The notes: generated by a model not told the origin, from the letters alone. A stretch of DNA of 64,000 bases from Mobula hypostoma (GCF_963921235.1 NC_086097.1:203114001-203178000), one strand, 5' to 3'. Positions 11,334 to 24,151 are shown, counted from the first letter of the stretch. Translations and numbers: made by a program.

Positions 11334-12570
11334 AAGAGTATATCGAAGTAGGCAACACTTACAATGTCTCAAGAAAAAAAAACATTGTTTTAAAGATTGA
11401 AAAAATTTTGGTGACCCAAAAAAAGAGAAAAAACCCCTACTAAGCAAGGAAAAGTGAGAAAAAAACCCCCATTAGGTGTTCAACCTCAGAGCCATGCGTC
11501 ATATAAAAGGCTTCTAAAGATAAACATCAAACCGCCAGCAAGAAAAAAATATACCAAAAATTTACAATTAGATCGTGGAGGAAATCTATCAATTAACTCA
11601 AATGATAGTAACAAGTAAATGAACCCCATTTTTTCTCAAAATCAAACATAGGTTCAAAAGGTCGACTTCTAATTTTCTCCAAACTAAGACACAGCATCAC
11701 TTGAGAGAACCATTGTGACAAAATGGGAGCCGATGTATCCTTCCATTTCAACAAAATGGCCCTCCAAGATATCAATGTAACAAATGCAATAACATGTTGG
11801 TCAGACACAGAGATATCACGGATATTTTGAGGAATTATTCCAAAAAGCACAGTTAATTTGTTAGGTTGTAAATTAATTTTAAGTGCTTTAGAAATTGTAG
11901 AAAAAATTGACTTCCAGAACTGTTCCAGTATAGAACAGGACCAAAATATGTGTGTCAGTGTAGCTGTCTCAGTTTTACATCTATCGTAATTACTATCAAC
12001 ATTAGGAAATATTTTAGACATTCTCTCCTTCATCAAATAGTAACGATGTACAATTTTAAATTGAATCGGTGAATGACTAGCACAGATTGAAGAAGAGTTA
12101 ACTAACTTCAGAATCCGCGTCCAATCCTCCGTCATAAAAGTCAAATTGAGTTCCTTTTCCCAATCTTGTTTAATCTTAAATAAAGGATGCTTATCCCATT
12201 GTAATAGTAAATTACAAATTCTTCCAATGGAACCCTTCATCAAAGGGTTATGACAGTCTTTAATAATTGAAATACATCAATGATTCCTAAGTAGTGTTTA
12301 TTTTTCCAAAATGGAAATACAACTGCTGTTGCACTGACAAATTTTGGTGGCATTCACAATTGACAATATCTCATTGCCACAATTGTATAAATGGTCAGAC
12401 ACAAGGAATTAGGCATCATTAGCTTAATACAACATCATGGATCAAGGGGCTTGATTTATGTTCTATTGAGCTTTTGTGAAGTATCTCCAAAAACTAAAAC
12501 AAAAATAACATGAATATGCCTGGAGGTCTTTCAAATGCTTGGTAGCTATTTTAGGGATGACAAAACTTAC

Positions 12571-12749
12571 TTCAGTAGAAGTTTTGAAAGCTTGTTGCCT
12601 TCTATAGTGCCCGAGGAATGGAAAGCTTGGATTATTTTTGACTGATCTGAATAGACATCGTTCTTTGACAAGCGTGCATACATGACTTCAAACATCTTGT
12701 AACAACCTATTTTCTTTGTCAATTGGTTGTCAAAGGAGGACTCATTTAT
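12571..12749 (-). CDS. PRKDC: PRKDC exon (window exon 21, 179 nt)
   Basis: cag|...|gtaagt; INESSFDNQLTKKIGCYKMFEVMYARLSKNDVYS...EGNKLSKLLL. Confidence 0.96.
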
Positions 12750-12956
12750 CTGCAAGAAATAAAATTTATTTTTAAAAATTCTGAAGTTTTTTGGTGAACA
12801 AAATAGCAATGGCGTCAATATTTTGTCTTCTAACTTGAATTTTATGAGAAAATATTTCATATTTGACAATACAACAAACAGAAACACAGTAAAAATATAA
12901 GCAATGCTTTACAAATTCACATTACAATAAAAACTGTGATAAAATTTTGCCCTCAC

Positions 12957-13164
12957 CTTTATGAATCTAGATTGTATAATTCCCATGGCATCCTTCACAA
13001 TTTTGCAGAAAAACTCCCTTAAAGCATCTGGGCTGCAGTGAGAAATGAGGGTAAGCAGAGAGCGGTCCAGAACAAAAAGCCTTGTTGTATTACGAAGCAT
13101 TTCTTCATTTCCAAACATCTCATAGGCAGCTTCTAGCAGGGCCACTTGCTTTGCACAGGAACCC
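12957..13164 (-). CDS. PRKDC: PRKDC exon (window exon 20, 208 nt)
   Basis: cag|...|gtgag; GSCAKQVALLEAAYEMF...DRSLLTLISHCSPDALREFF...SRFIK. Confidence 0.96.
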
Positions 13165-13895
13165 CTGAAGCAAATAGTGAAAGATCTATCTTTCAGTGCA
13201 AACCAAAACTCTCCAATTATTTTACTAAACAAAATATATCCATATTATTCAGTAGAATGCCAACTTCAAACTATTAAACATCAATATTTTCAATAATCTA
13301 TCCAGAGTAAACTCAGAATCTACTTACTGCAGTCTCCGTGTTTTTGGAGGCTAGGCACAAGATGGACATAAAGTCACATTTAAATCTACTACGATTGGCA
13401 TTCATAAAAGCGTTTTTAGAAGGATCTCTGGTTGGAGAACTGCAATTAACTGGCCAGATTGACCAGGCTTCTTACACCTCCCGACCCAAACTATGAATTC
13501 CCTTAAGAAAAATATCTCCTCTGATCACACCTGCTTTTTTTTTTGACAAGCCAAACGCATAGATGGTCTCGACAGTGAATAAATGAAAAGTACAATGGAG
13601 AATATTCTATGCTGATGAAATGTCATTGACCTGAACAGAGAATTTCATTGTCCTTTTCACGGCTGCATGACTTTTCCAGCATTTTTGTTTTCAGATGACA
13701 GAAATTTTCATTCACTATTATTGGGTAGCCTCTCAGAGAAGAATTAGCCACTACCCTATCGCATCCTTTTAGCCTGTGCAAAGTAGCACAGGTGCAGCTG
13801 CAGAAATCAATATCCACTTACCTATATGCAGATGTAGGAATCAATATCTTATTTACCATTTTGAGTACAGCTGTAGAGAATGTTAAACTGAGCAG

Positions 13896-15271
13896 TTGAC
13901 GTCAGTGGTGGGTAAATTGATGGAAAGTATTCTTAAGGATGGTATATATAATATTCTGGACAGACGGTCTGATTAGGAACAGTCAATATGAATTTGTGCA
14001 TGGAAGGTCGTGTTTGACAAATCTCATTGAATTTTTTGAAGAGGTTACTAGGAATATTGACGAGGGTAAAGCGGTGGATGTTGTCTATCTGGACTTCAGT
14101 AAGGCCTTTGACAAGGTCCCACACGGAAGGTTGGTTAGGAAGGTTCAATCGTTAGGTATTAATATTGAAGTAGTAAAATGGATTCAGCAATGGCTGGATG
14201 GGAGACACCAGAGAGTAGTGGTGGTTAACTGTGTGTCAGATTGGAGGCCGATGACTAGTGGTGTACCTCAGGGATCTATACTAGGTCCAGTGTTATTTGT
14301 CATATACATTAATGATCTGGATGATGGGGTGGTAAATTGGATGAGTAAGTATGCAGATGATACTAAGATAGGTGGAGTTATGGATAATGAAGTAGGTTTT
14401 CAAAGCTTGCAGAGAGATTTAGGCCAGTTAGAAGAGTGGGCTGAAAGATGGCAGATAGAGTTTAATGCTGATAAATGTGAGGTACCACATTTTGGTAGGA
14501 CTAATCAAAATAGGACAGACATGGTAAATGGTAGGGCATTGAAGAATGCAGTAGAACAAAGGGATCTAGGAATAATGGTGCATAGTTCCCAGAAGGTGGA
14601 ATCTCATGTGGATAGGGTGGTGAAGAAAGCTTTTGGTATGCTGGCCTTTATAAATCAGAGCATTGAGTATAGGAGTTGGGATGTAATGTTGAAATTGTAC
14701 AAGGCATTGGTGAGGCCAAATTTGGAGTATTGTGTACAGTTCTGGTCACCAAATTATAAGAAAAATGTCAACAAAATAGAGAGTACAGAGAAGATTTACT
14801 AGAATGTTACCTGGGTTTCATCACCTAAGTTACAGAGAAAGGTTGAATAAGTCGGGCCTTTATTCTTTGGAGCGTAAAGGTTGAGTGGGGACTTGATAGA
14901 GGTATTTAAAATTATGAGGGGGATAGATAGAATTGATGTGGATAGGCTTTTTCCATTGAGAGTAGGGGAGATTCAAACAAGAGGACATGAGTTGAGAGTT
15001 AAAGGGCAAAAGTTTAGGGGTAACATGAGGGGGAACTTCTTTACTCAGAGAGTGGTGGCTGTGTGGAACGAGCTTTCAGCAGGAGTGGTTGAGGCAGGTT
15101 TGATGTTGTCATTTAAAGTTAAATTGGATAGCTATATGGACAAGAAAGGAATGGAGGGTTATGGGCCGAGTGCAGGTCGGTGGGACTAGGTGACAGTAAG
15201 AATTCGGCACGGACTAGAAGGGCCGAGATGGCCTGTTTCCAAGCTGTAATTATTATATGGTTATATGGTTA
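13896..15271 (+). mobile_element. Young CR1 LINE, 5'-truncated
   Basis: 287-aa RT ORF (YLDFSKAFDKVPH, GVPQGSILGP, YADDTK) plus C-terminal ORF; (ttatatgg)n tail. Confidence 0.95.
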
Positions 15272-15565
15272 ATAAAACTAACAAGAACTTGCCTATTTCA
15301 ATAAAAGAAATCTCACCCGTGCACATAGTTTCTGTCAAACAAGTCCAACATAAAAATCTTACTTGCTGGGGGCAAAGTACAAGTAAATATCTAAGCTATT
15401 TCTGGTTCAATGAGTTTACTCTGAAAGCTGAGGCTATAAACTAAAAGCACATAGACATCATAGAATTTTTTTTTTGCAGGCATGATCTGAAGTAGCAATG
15501 GAACTCAAAATACAAAGATTAAGATTTTATGGTCCAGTTTCCCAGTGCTCTATGGTATACAATAC

Positions 15566-15693
15566 CGATGTGCTATATTTTGAAAGCAGGTCTGAAATGC
15601 TTCCTCCATGATGTGTTTACTGTCACGACACAGAACTCCAGTCAGAAGCCTGAACAACAGTGGGCTCTGAGATAGCTCCAAAGCATCTAGTAA
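15566..15693 (-). CDS. PRKDC: PRKDC exon (window exon 19, 128 nt)
   Basis: cag|...|gtatt; [43 protein letters not shown]. Confidence 0.95.
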
Positions 15694-16369
15694 CTGAAAA
15701 ATGTAAAGAAAAACACCAATTGCAACTAATAATCAGAGCAATCTTCAGTACAATTTCTGATAAGAGAAATGCATTGTAGTTAATGTAATTGGTGAAGGTG
15801 ATAAAATAAAATTCATTGCTAGCAGCAGCAGTCAGCTAATGCTGTGCAATCCCTTAAAGTGTGTAAAAAATTCCAAGTAAAATGTTAATCAGCTTGATTT
15901 TGCAAATTAATTAAATTAGAAGTCTAAAGTAAGGAGTCCTGTGTAAATGGCATATTTTCAAAATTATGTTGAGTCTCAGCAGTAACATTTAGACCAGGGA
16001 TAACATATTTTTTTAAATCCACGGCACTTGTAAGTACAGGTCATAATACACAACAGAAGCCACTACTTGCGACATCTTGTCCTGCACAAACTGGCTGGCA
16101 TGGTCACCATATTTGAAATATATTGCATTGACTGCAAAGCATTTCTTTTAACATCCGGGGCCAAAGTATATAAATGCCAAATTTCTTAAATACCAAAAGG
16201 TGCATCCTAGGTTTGTAAGCAACACCATGGGCCAAAGGAGAAGGGAGTTAGGAACAACGATCAAGAAAGAGGAGAGGCAAGTCCATTGAGCATCTGAATT
16301 ATTGGTCCGGAGATGGTCATGACTTTGATGAAGACTTTGGAGGCAGCGACAGAAGAGGCAGAAGTGATC

Positions 16370-18430
16370 GGAGGGTGGGAAGCCTTCACAGGAGAAATTT
16401 TGAGAGTGCAGAGTTTGTATGTTCCTGTCAGGATTAAAGGCAAAGTGAATAGGAATAAGGAACCTTGGTTCTCAAGGGATATTGCAACTCTGATAAAGAA
16501 GAAGAGGGAGTTGTATGACATGTATAGGAAGCAGGGAATAAATAAGGTGCCTGAGGAGTATAAGAAGTGCAAGAAAATACTTAAGGAAGAAATCAGGAGG
16601 GCTAAAATAAGACATGAGGTTGCCTTGGCAGTCAAAGTGAAGGATAATCCAAAGAGCTTTTACAGGTATATTAAGAGCAAAAGGATTGTAAGGGATAAAA
16701 TTGGTCCTCTTGAAGATCAGAGTGGTCGGCTATGTGCGGAACCAAAGGAAATGGGGGAGATCTTAAATAGGTTTTTTGCATCTGTATTTACTAAGGAAAC
16801 TGGCATGAAGTCTATGGAATTAAGGGAAACAAGTAGTGAGATCATGGAAACTATACAGATCGAAAAGGAGGAGGTCCTTGCTGTCTTGAGGAAAATTAAA
16901 GTGGATAAAACCCCAGGACCTGACAGGGTGTTCCCTCGGACCTTGAAGGAGACTAGTGTTGAAATTGCAGGGGCCCAGGCAGAAATATTTAAAATGTCGC
17001 TGTCTACAGGTGAGGTGCCGGAGGATTGGAGAGTGGCTCATGTTGTTCCGTTGTTTAAAAAAGGATCGAAAAGTAATCCGGGAAATTATAGGCCAGTAAG
17101 TTTAATGTCGGTAGTAGGTAAGTTATTGGAGGGAGTACTAAGAGACAGAATCTACAAGCATTTGGATAGACAGGGACTTATTAGGGAGAGTCAACATGGC
17201 TTTGTGCGTGGTAGGTCATGTTTGACCAATCTGTTGGAGCCTTTCGAGGAGGTTACCAGGAAAGTGGATGAAGGGAAGGCAGTGGATATTGTCTACATGG
17301 ACTTCAGTAAGGCCTTTGACAAGGTCCCGCATGGGAGGTTAGTTAGGAAAATTCAGTCGCTAGGTATACATGGAGAGGTGGTAAACTGGATTAGACATTG
17401 GCTCAATGGAAGAAACCAAAGAGTGGTAGTAGAGGATTGCTTCTCAGAGTGGAGGCCTGTGACTAATGGTGTGCTACAGAGATCAGTGCTGGGTCCATTG
17501 TTATTTGTCCTCTATGTCAATGATCTGGATGATAATGTGGTAAATTGGATCAGCAAATTTGCTGATGATACAAAGATTGGAGGTGTAGTAGACAATGAGG
17601 AAGGTTTTCAGAGCCTGCAGAGGGACTTGGACCAGCTGGAAAAATGGGCTGAAAAATGGCAGATGGAGTTTAATACTGACAAGTGTGTGGTATTGCACTT
17701 TGGAAGGACAAACCAAGGTAGAACATACAGGGTAAATGGTAAGGCACTGAGGAGTGCAGTGGAACAGAGGGATCTGGAAATACAGGTACAAAATTCCCTA
17801 AAAGTGGCGTCACAGGTAGATAGGGTCGTAAAGAGAGCTTTTGGTACATTGGCCTTTATTAATCAAAGTATTGAGTATAAGAGCTGGAATGTTATGATGA
17901 GGTTGTATAAGGCATTGGTGAGGCCGAATCTGGAGTATTGTGTTCAGTTTTGGTCACCAAATTACAGGAAGGATATAAATAATGTTGAAAGAGTGCAGAG
18001 AAGGTTTACAAGGATGTTGCCGGGACTTGAGAAACTCAGTTACAGAGAAAGGTTGAATAGGTTAGGACTTTATTCCCTGGAGCGTAGAAGAATGAGGGAA
18101 GATTTGATAGGGGTATATAAAATTATGATGGGTATAGATAGAGTGAATGCAAGCAGGCTTAATCCACTGAGGCAAGGGGAGAAAAAAACCAGAGGTGGGT
18201 TAAGGGTGAGGGGGAAAAAGTTTAAAGGGAACATTAGAGGGGGCTTCTTCACATAGAGAGTGGTGGGAGTATGGAATGAGCTGCCAGACGGAATAAATTG
18301 GACAGATACATGGATGGGAGGTGTACGGAGTGATATGGTCCGTGTGCAGGTCAGTGGGACTAGGCAGAAAATGGTTCGGCACAGCCAAGAAGGGTCAAAA
18401 GGCCTGTTTCTGTGCTATAGTTTCTATGGT
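16370..18430 (+). mobile_element. Young CR1 LINE, 5'-truncated, long open RT frame
   Basis: 647-aa ORF 16313-18256 (first ~20 aa from flanking DNA) with NYRPVSL, DFSKAFD, FADDTK; CR1 3'UTR ending ttctatgg. Confidence 0.96.
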
Positions 18431-18689
18431 AAGTGGGCAATGCTGAGATGGAATCAGTCAGTGTTTGTAGGGTCAGAAGATGTTCAATTAAAATGGATGG
18501 AGGTTGAGACTAGTAAGAAAAGAATACTTGGTGACAGTGCAATAACTATAAGATATTTTAATCTTACATGCAGTGGGCAATCAAATTGGACAGAGTGGCC
18601 ATGAGAACAAGTTCATATTGTGCATTCAGAATAGCTTTCTGCAGTACATGGATAAGGATTTACAAGCATCTTTGTGGCGGGGGGGGTCA

Positions 18690-20300
18690 TTTTTTACAAA
18701 TGATTATTTTGGAGGCGGTGACAAAAATGATTGATGAGGGCAGTGGATGCTGTATACATGGACTTCAGTAAAGCAATGGTGTTTTATTATAAAATAATCC
18801 AAAGGATTAAGGCAAATGGGTTGCACTGTGATTTTGCATATTGGATTCAAAACTGGCTTGGTCATTGAATTCTGACAGTAAAAGGGTGTAAATTGACTGA
18901 AGGTGTGTAACAAGTGACGTTCCACTGGTATCAATGCTGGGATCTCTGTTGTTTGTGAGTTATATAAATGGCTTGGATGAAAATGTTAGTGTGCTGACTA
19001 GCAAATTTGCAAACAACACAAACTTCAGTAGAGCTGTGGATAGTGAAGATGTTTATCAACAGATACAGCAGGATATACTTCAGCAGGAAGTATGGATGGA
19101 GAATGGCAGATGGAATTTAATTTAGATGAGTGTGAAGTGTTGCAGTTTGAGAGGTCAAATGCAAAAAGCAAGTACACAGTTGGACCTTTACCAGAACTGA
19201 CCAAGTCCATTTCTTCCCAAAGAATGGCAACACAAGTGGATAAGGTGGTGTTCAGCACATTCATCTTCATTACCCAGGGTGCTGAGCTTAACTGTCAGGA
19301 AGTCATGTTGTAGCTGTGTAAAACTTCGGTTAGGCCACCTTTGGAAAATCGTGTCCAGTTCTGATCCCCATTACATGAAAGATGTGGAGATTTTCAGAAG
19401 TATGCAGAATATTCTATCATTGTTTATACTATAATTTCTATAATCCCTTATATTTCTATAATATGACCATGATATTGTCTGGATTGGAGTGCATTAGGAG
19501 AGATTGGACAAACTTCGATTCTATTGTCTGACATGTCAGAGTCTAAGAGATAACTTAATTGAAGTTTATAAAATTATGAGAGGCAAGGAGACAGTAGATA
19601 ATAAGAGTCTTCCGTGGAATTGTGAAAAATAAATTGAGAACATATTTAAGATGAAAGGAGGAAAGCTTAAAGGAAATTTGCGAGGCAAGATTTTGTTTTA
19701 ACCAGACAGTGGTGGGTGCCTGGATCATGCAGCCAGCAGAAGTGGCATTCGAATACAAATCATGTGCAGACAGCTGGGAGTAGTTCAGATCAGCACGTTG
19801 GTGGACACAGACATTGTGGGCCACAGGCCTTACTCCTGTGCTGCACTGTTCTATATTCTTAATACATTACGGAGTCAAGCAGGTTCCTGTCTACTTTGGA
19901 TTTGGTAATGGGTAATGAGAAAGGTTTAATAAGTGACCTCATAGTAAAAGATACCTGAGGAATAAATGACCAGAGTATGATAGAATTCTGTATTCGGTTT
20001 GAAACAGAAAAACTTGAGTTAGAAACGACTGGTACATATACATACAGGGAGTTACAATGTCAAAAGAACTAGCTAAAGTTGGTTGTGTTGATGGATTAGC
20101 ATGCAGGGAGGAATTTAAAGATATAATCCATGTTACTCAGCAAAACTATATTCCAGTAAGGAGGAAAGATTTTAACGGAGGGTTGAACCAACCATGGCTA
20201 ACTAAAGAAGTGCACAATAAGTTTCAAGAAAATGTGTAACACAAAATCTTCAGGTCAACCCAAAGATTGAGATAGATTCAGAATCCATTGATTCCAAGAA
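18690..20300 (+). mobile_element. Old CR1 LINE fragments
   Basis: Degenerate RT motifs (catggacttcagtaaagc, KFANNT) and a further upstream-ORF2 piece (NQPWLTKEV). Confidence 0.75.
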
Positions 20301-20633
20301 CTGATGTGCACACAACGTGCATACAAAAAGACCAGGGTGGGAAAAAAAAACAGAATGCTTTTGGAGGTCATACATCTCCTGTAACTGAATTACATCACCA
20401 AATAGATGAGTCAAACATAATCACTCTATTATATAGATTCTTCCATTAATAAAGCCAGAAATTCGTTTCTCAGATTTCAATTTCTCCCCAAAACTGAAAT
20501 TTACATTTCTAATCAAGAATAGGGAAACAGAATATGTTATTTCACTTCTCTCAGTTCACCAAAACTATTCATTACTCTTCTTCTAGAGTAAAAGATAAAT
20601 ATTTCATATATTCTGTTAAAAAACTGCACTTAC

Positions 20634-20801
20634 TTTTTTGATGCAGTCTGCATAGTTGTTGTACTTCAATGTACCCTTGGGAAATTCATCTGATTTCATT
20701 GGGAAATGGGCAGCCACAAATTGATCGAGGGAGTTTTGAAGTTTTGAAAGATTTTCTTCCGGAAGCTGAGTAAAAAATGGTAGTATAATCACTGCTTGGG
20801 T
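20634..20801 (-). CDS. PRKDC: PRKDC exon (window exon 18, 168 nt; duplicated alternative acceptor would extend it to 20882)
   Basis: cag|...|gtaagt; TQAVIILPFFTQLPEENLSKLQNSLDQFVAAHFPMKSDEFPKGTLKYNNYADCIKK. Confidence 0.93.
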
Positions 20802-20944
20802 CTGCAAAAAAGAAAAAGAAAAATGTTTCAGGGCATTTTGACTTGAATTCCATTGTCTAAACTTTATAATTACTGCTTGAGTCTGCAAAATAAAAAGAAT
20901 ATAAATTTCAGAACATTTTGACTTGAATTCCATTGCCTAAACTT
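20784..20944. repeat. 81-bp tandem duplication spanning a PRKDC 3' splice site
   Basis: Units 20784-20864 and 20865-20944 share tataat(c/t)actgcttg(g/a)gtctgcaaaa...cattttgacttgaattccattg(t/c)ctaaactt. Confidence 0.93.
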
Positions 20945-21059
20945 ATAAATCTGGCAGTGTCATGAACTTGACAGTAATTTAAAAATGGAGGAGGCCATTC
21001 TGCCCATTGAGAAAGAAGGGGAGGACTACAAGCTAGAATGAAATGCAGGAAATGCAGGG

Positions 21060-23030
21060 GAATGAAAATTCCTCTATCCAGCATCATTTTCACAAACGTA
21101 CAGTCACTGGAGAGCAAGACTAAGGACCAAAGGGCAAGATTGCTGTAATGGAGGGAAATAAGGGATTGCTGTGTTCTATCTTTCAAGGAGACACTGTTTA
21201 CTCTGGACATGCCAGATAACCTGGCAAGACCGAAGGGCATCTTGATACAACGGCTGGACTCGACAGCTGATTTGGAGAAGGCAAAAGGTGGGGGTCGTGT
21301 GCTTCATGACAAACTCTTTGTGGTGCTCGGAAGTAGTGGTCTTGTCGCACTCTTGTTCCCCCAACCTGGAACATCTAACAACTAAGTGCCGACCATACTA
21401 CCTACCTTCGTGATCCTAACCGCAGTTTACATACCGTCGAAGGCCAACGTTAATCAGACACTTGAGATATTAAGTGCTGTCATCGGCATACAAGAAACAG
21501 CCTACCCAATGCCTTTCAAATCATCGTTGGGGACCTCAATCAGGTTTGTTTGACAAATTCTTTACACAATTATCATCAACATACAACCTGCAGCACCAGG
21601 AGTCCCCACACATTCAACCACTGCCATATGACTTAGGAATGCCTACCTTTCCATGCCTAGACTGCACTTCAGGAAATCTGATCACTTGTCTGTCCTCCTC
21701 CTACCCGCACAGAAGCATAAGCTAAAGAGCAAGGCTTCAGAGATAAGAATAAAGAGGTAGTTGTGGGAGGCAGAGGAGTGGCTATGGGATTGCTTCGAGT
21801 CAGTGGACTGGGCTGTGTTTGAGGACTCATCAGAGATCTGAATGAATACACCATGACTGTCACGGACTTTACTAAATTAGTCGTGGATAATTGTGTCCAC
21901 ACAAAATCATTCAATCTTCCCCAACCAGAAGCCTTGGATGAACCATAAGATCTGGTGACTAAGTAAGATACAAAAGGTCCAGGTACAATCTCTAGAAATC
22001 CTTTTCACAGGTGAAGTGGCAATTCTGGACCAAACATGAATCACTGAAGGATGCCCAACAGCTGTGGCAGGGCTTGAATGCTGTCACTTCTGACAAAGTG
22101 AAACCAAACAACAAAGGTGATAAGGTTTCACTCCCAGGTGAGCTCCATGCCTTGAATGCTCACTTCGACCATCAAGACATGGAGGAACCTTCATGAGCTC
22201 TCACAGCCCTTGATGACCCTGTGATTTCAATTTCTAAGGCTGCCATGGAAGCATCCTTCAGGAGGATGAACCCATTGAAAGCATCCGGCCCAGATAGGGT
22301 ACCTGGCCGAGTACTGATCAACTTTCTGGAGCAGTCATCGATATCTTTAACCTCTCACGTCAGCAGTCTGAGATAGCCACCTGCTAGGAGCAGGTTTCAA
22401 GCATACTGATGCCTAAGAATATGGTGAACTGCCTCAATGACCATTATCCAGTAGCACTTGCATCCACTGTGATGTGCTTTGACAGTCTGGTGATGAAACT
22501 CCTACCTACAAAGCAACTTGGATCCCCTCCAACAGGTCCACAGCAGATGCCATTTCATTGGCTCTTCACTCAACCCTGGAACATCTGGACAATGAAGAAG
22601 CATACACCAAGGTGCTCTCCATCAACCAGAGCTCAGCAATCAATACTATCATCACCTCAAGACTAATCAGCAAGCTCCAAGACCCAAGCCTCAATAGCTC
22701 CTTTTGCAACAGGATCCCACATTTTTTCACTTACAAATGCCAGTCAGTTCAGATTGACAATAACATCTCCTCCACAATCTCCATCTGCACAGGTGCCTCA
22801 CAAGGCTGTATGCTTAGCCTCCTGCTCTACTCATTTTACACTTATATGTGGCTAAGCACAGTTCCAATGCCATATTTAAGTTTGCTGATGACATCACTGC
22901 TGTTGTTGAATCAAAGGCAGTAATGAATCAGCATATAGGAGGGAGACTGTAAATCTGGCTGGGCAGTGGCCACAACATCATCCTCTCACCCGACATCAGC
23001 AAGACCAAGGAGCTGACTATTGACTTCAGG
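21060..23030 (+). mobile_element. Degenerate Rex1/Babar LINE (endonuclease to RT)
   Basis: CLNDHYPVALASTVM, ALHSTLEHLDN, CTGASQGCMLS and aagtttgctgatgac (KFADD). Confidence 0.85.
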
Positions 23031-23125
23031 AGTTCGGCCTGGAATTCAGACTGTGTCATCAGAGAGTCCAGGGCTTCGATATCGAAGCTCAGAGGCCGAA
23101 GCCTGGAGACTAGATACTAGAGTTG

Positions 23126-23128
<3 letters not shown>

Positions 23129-23159
<31 letters not shown>

Positions 23160-23194
23160 TGTGTGTGTTTTTGTGTGTGTGTTTTTGTGTGTGT
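23129..23194. repeat. (GT)n microsatellite
   Basis: Imperfect GT dinucleotide run. Confidence 0.95.
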
Positions 23195-23372
23195 ATATAA
23201 AAAGGAAGGGGCTTGTTTTGTATCGTTGTTCTGCTGCCTGTTATGTTCTCTGTTGTTCTGTCAAGCATTGTGGGCATGATACATTGGCACCAGAAAATAT
23301 GGCCACATCTGTGGGCTGCCCCCAGCACATCCTCGGGTGTGTTGGTTGTTAACACAAACAATGCATTTCACT

Positions 23373-23463
23373 CAACATACATCAAAGTTGCTGGTGAACG
23401 CAGCAGGCCAAGCAGCATCTATAGGAAGAGGTGCAGTCGACGTTTCAGGCCGAGACCCTTCGT
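23373..23463 (-). mobile_element. Young Penelope-like mini-insertion truncated in the hammerhead core, 9-bp TSD
   Basis: Near-identical to ~2846-2938; TSD CATTTCACT at 23364-23372 and 23464-23472. Confidence 0.9.
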
Positions 23464-24151
23464 CATTTCACTGTATGTTTTAATGTACATGTGATAAATA
23501 TATCTGAATCTCCCGAATGAGTTATCTCCGACAATATCGACTTACAAGGTTTAATGAACGGATGCCAAAGTGAAATTCTAGGACAATAACTTATTCCTCT
23601 CAATAATTCACCACTCTTTTCTAATGACACTGATACAATTCTACATAGCCCACATCTTTTTAGTGCTATAGGCCCAGTGGAAACTATTTTAACTAGAAAA
23701 TTATCAGAACAAAACAAAATGGCAAAACTCACAAGCTTACTGTATGTGCCTAGACAGTCTGTCAAACGCAACCATGCATTGTTCATATTTGCTTGGCTAA
23801 TGACAGCATGCCACATCATTCACGCTCAGCCAGTGTGTAATAACGCCCTTTTAGAGCTGGTTCAGATAACATTTGTTCCCAGGAATGCATTGTGAATGCC
23901 TAGTGAGGTACCAGGGTATGTCATGAGCGTCCCCTACAAATCAATCCTCCTGCCAATTTAAAATATTTTCAGACAAACATCTGTCAAAAACTGAGTTTTT
24001 TTGCATGACTTCCTCCATAATTTTGTAAAAAGTAACATTATACTTTTTAAATGTTAATGATGTTCCAGCTTCTCATTTATCCCATGTGAATCTCCATGCC
24101 TTTATTTTGCCATCAGGTAAAACTTTCCCCACTGAAAGTTGAAAAAGATAC

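Larger units (their letters stand above)
11084..12248 (-). mobile_element. L1/Tx1-type LINE 3' fragment with 13-bp TSD
   Basis: ORF 11593-12243 has the zinc knuckle (CKTETATLTHIFWSC); poly(A) end; TSD TATGACAGTCTTT at 11071-11083 and 12249-12261. Confidence 0.9.

Noticed and set aside
23073..23088. Perfect 16-bp palindrome GCTTCGATATCGAAGC
   Set aside because: About one such palindrome is expected by chance in 64 kb, and it lies within repeat-derived sequence.
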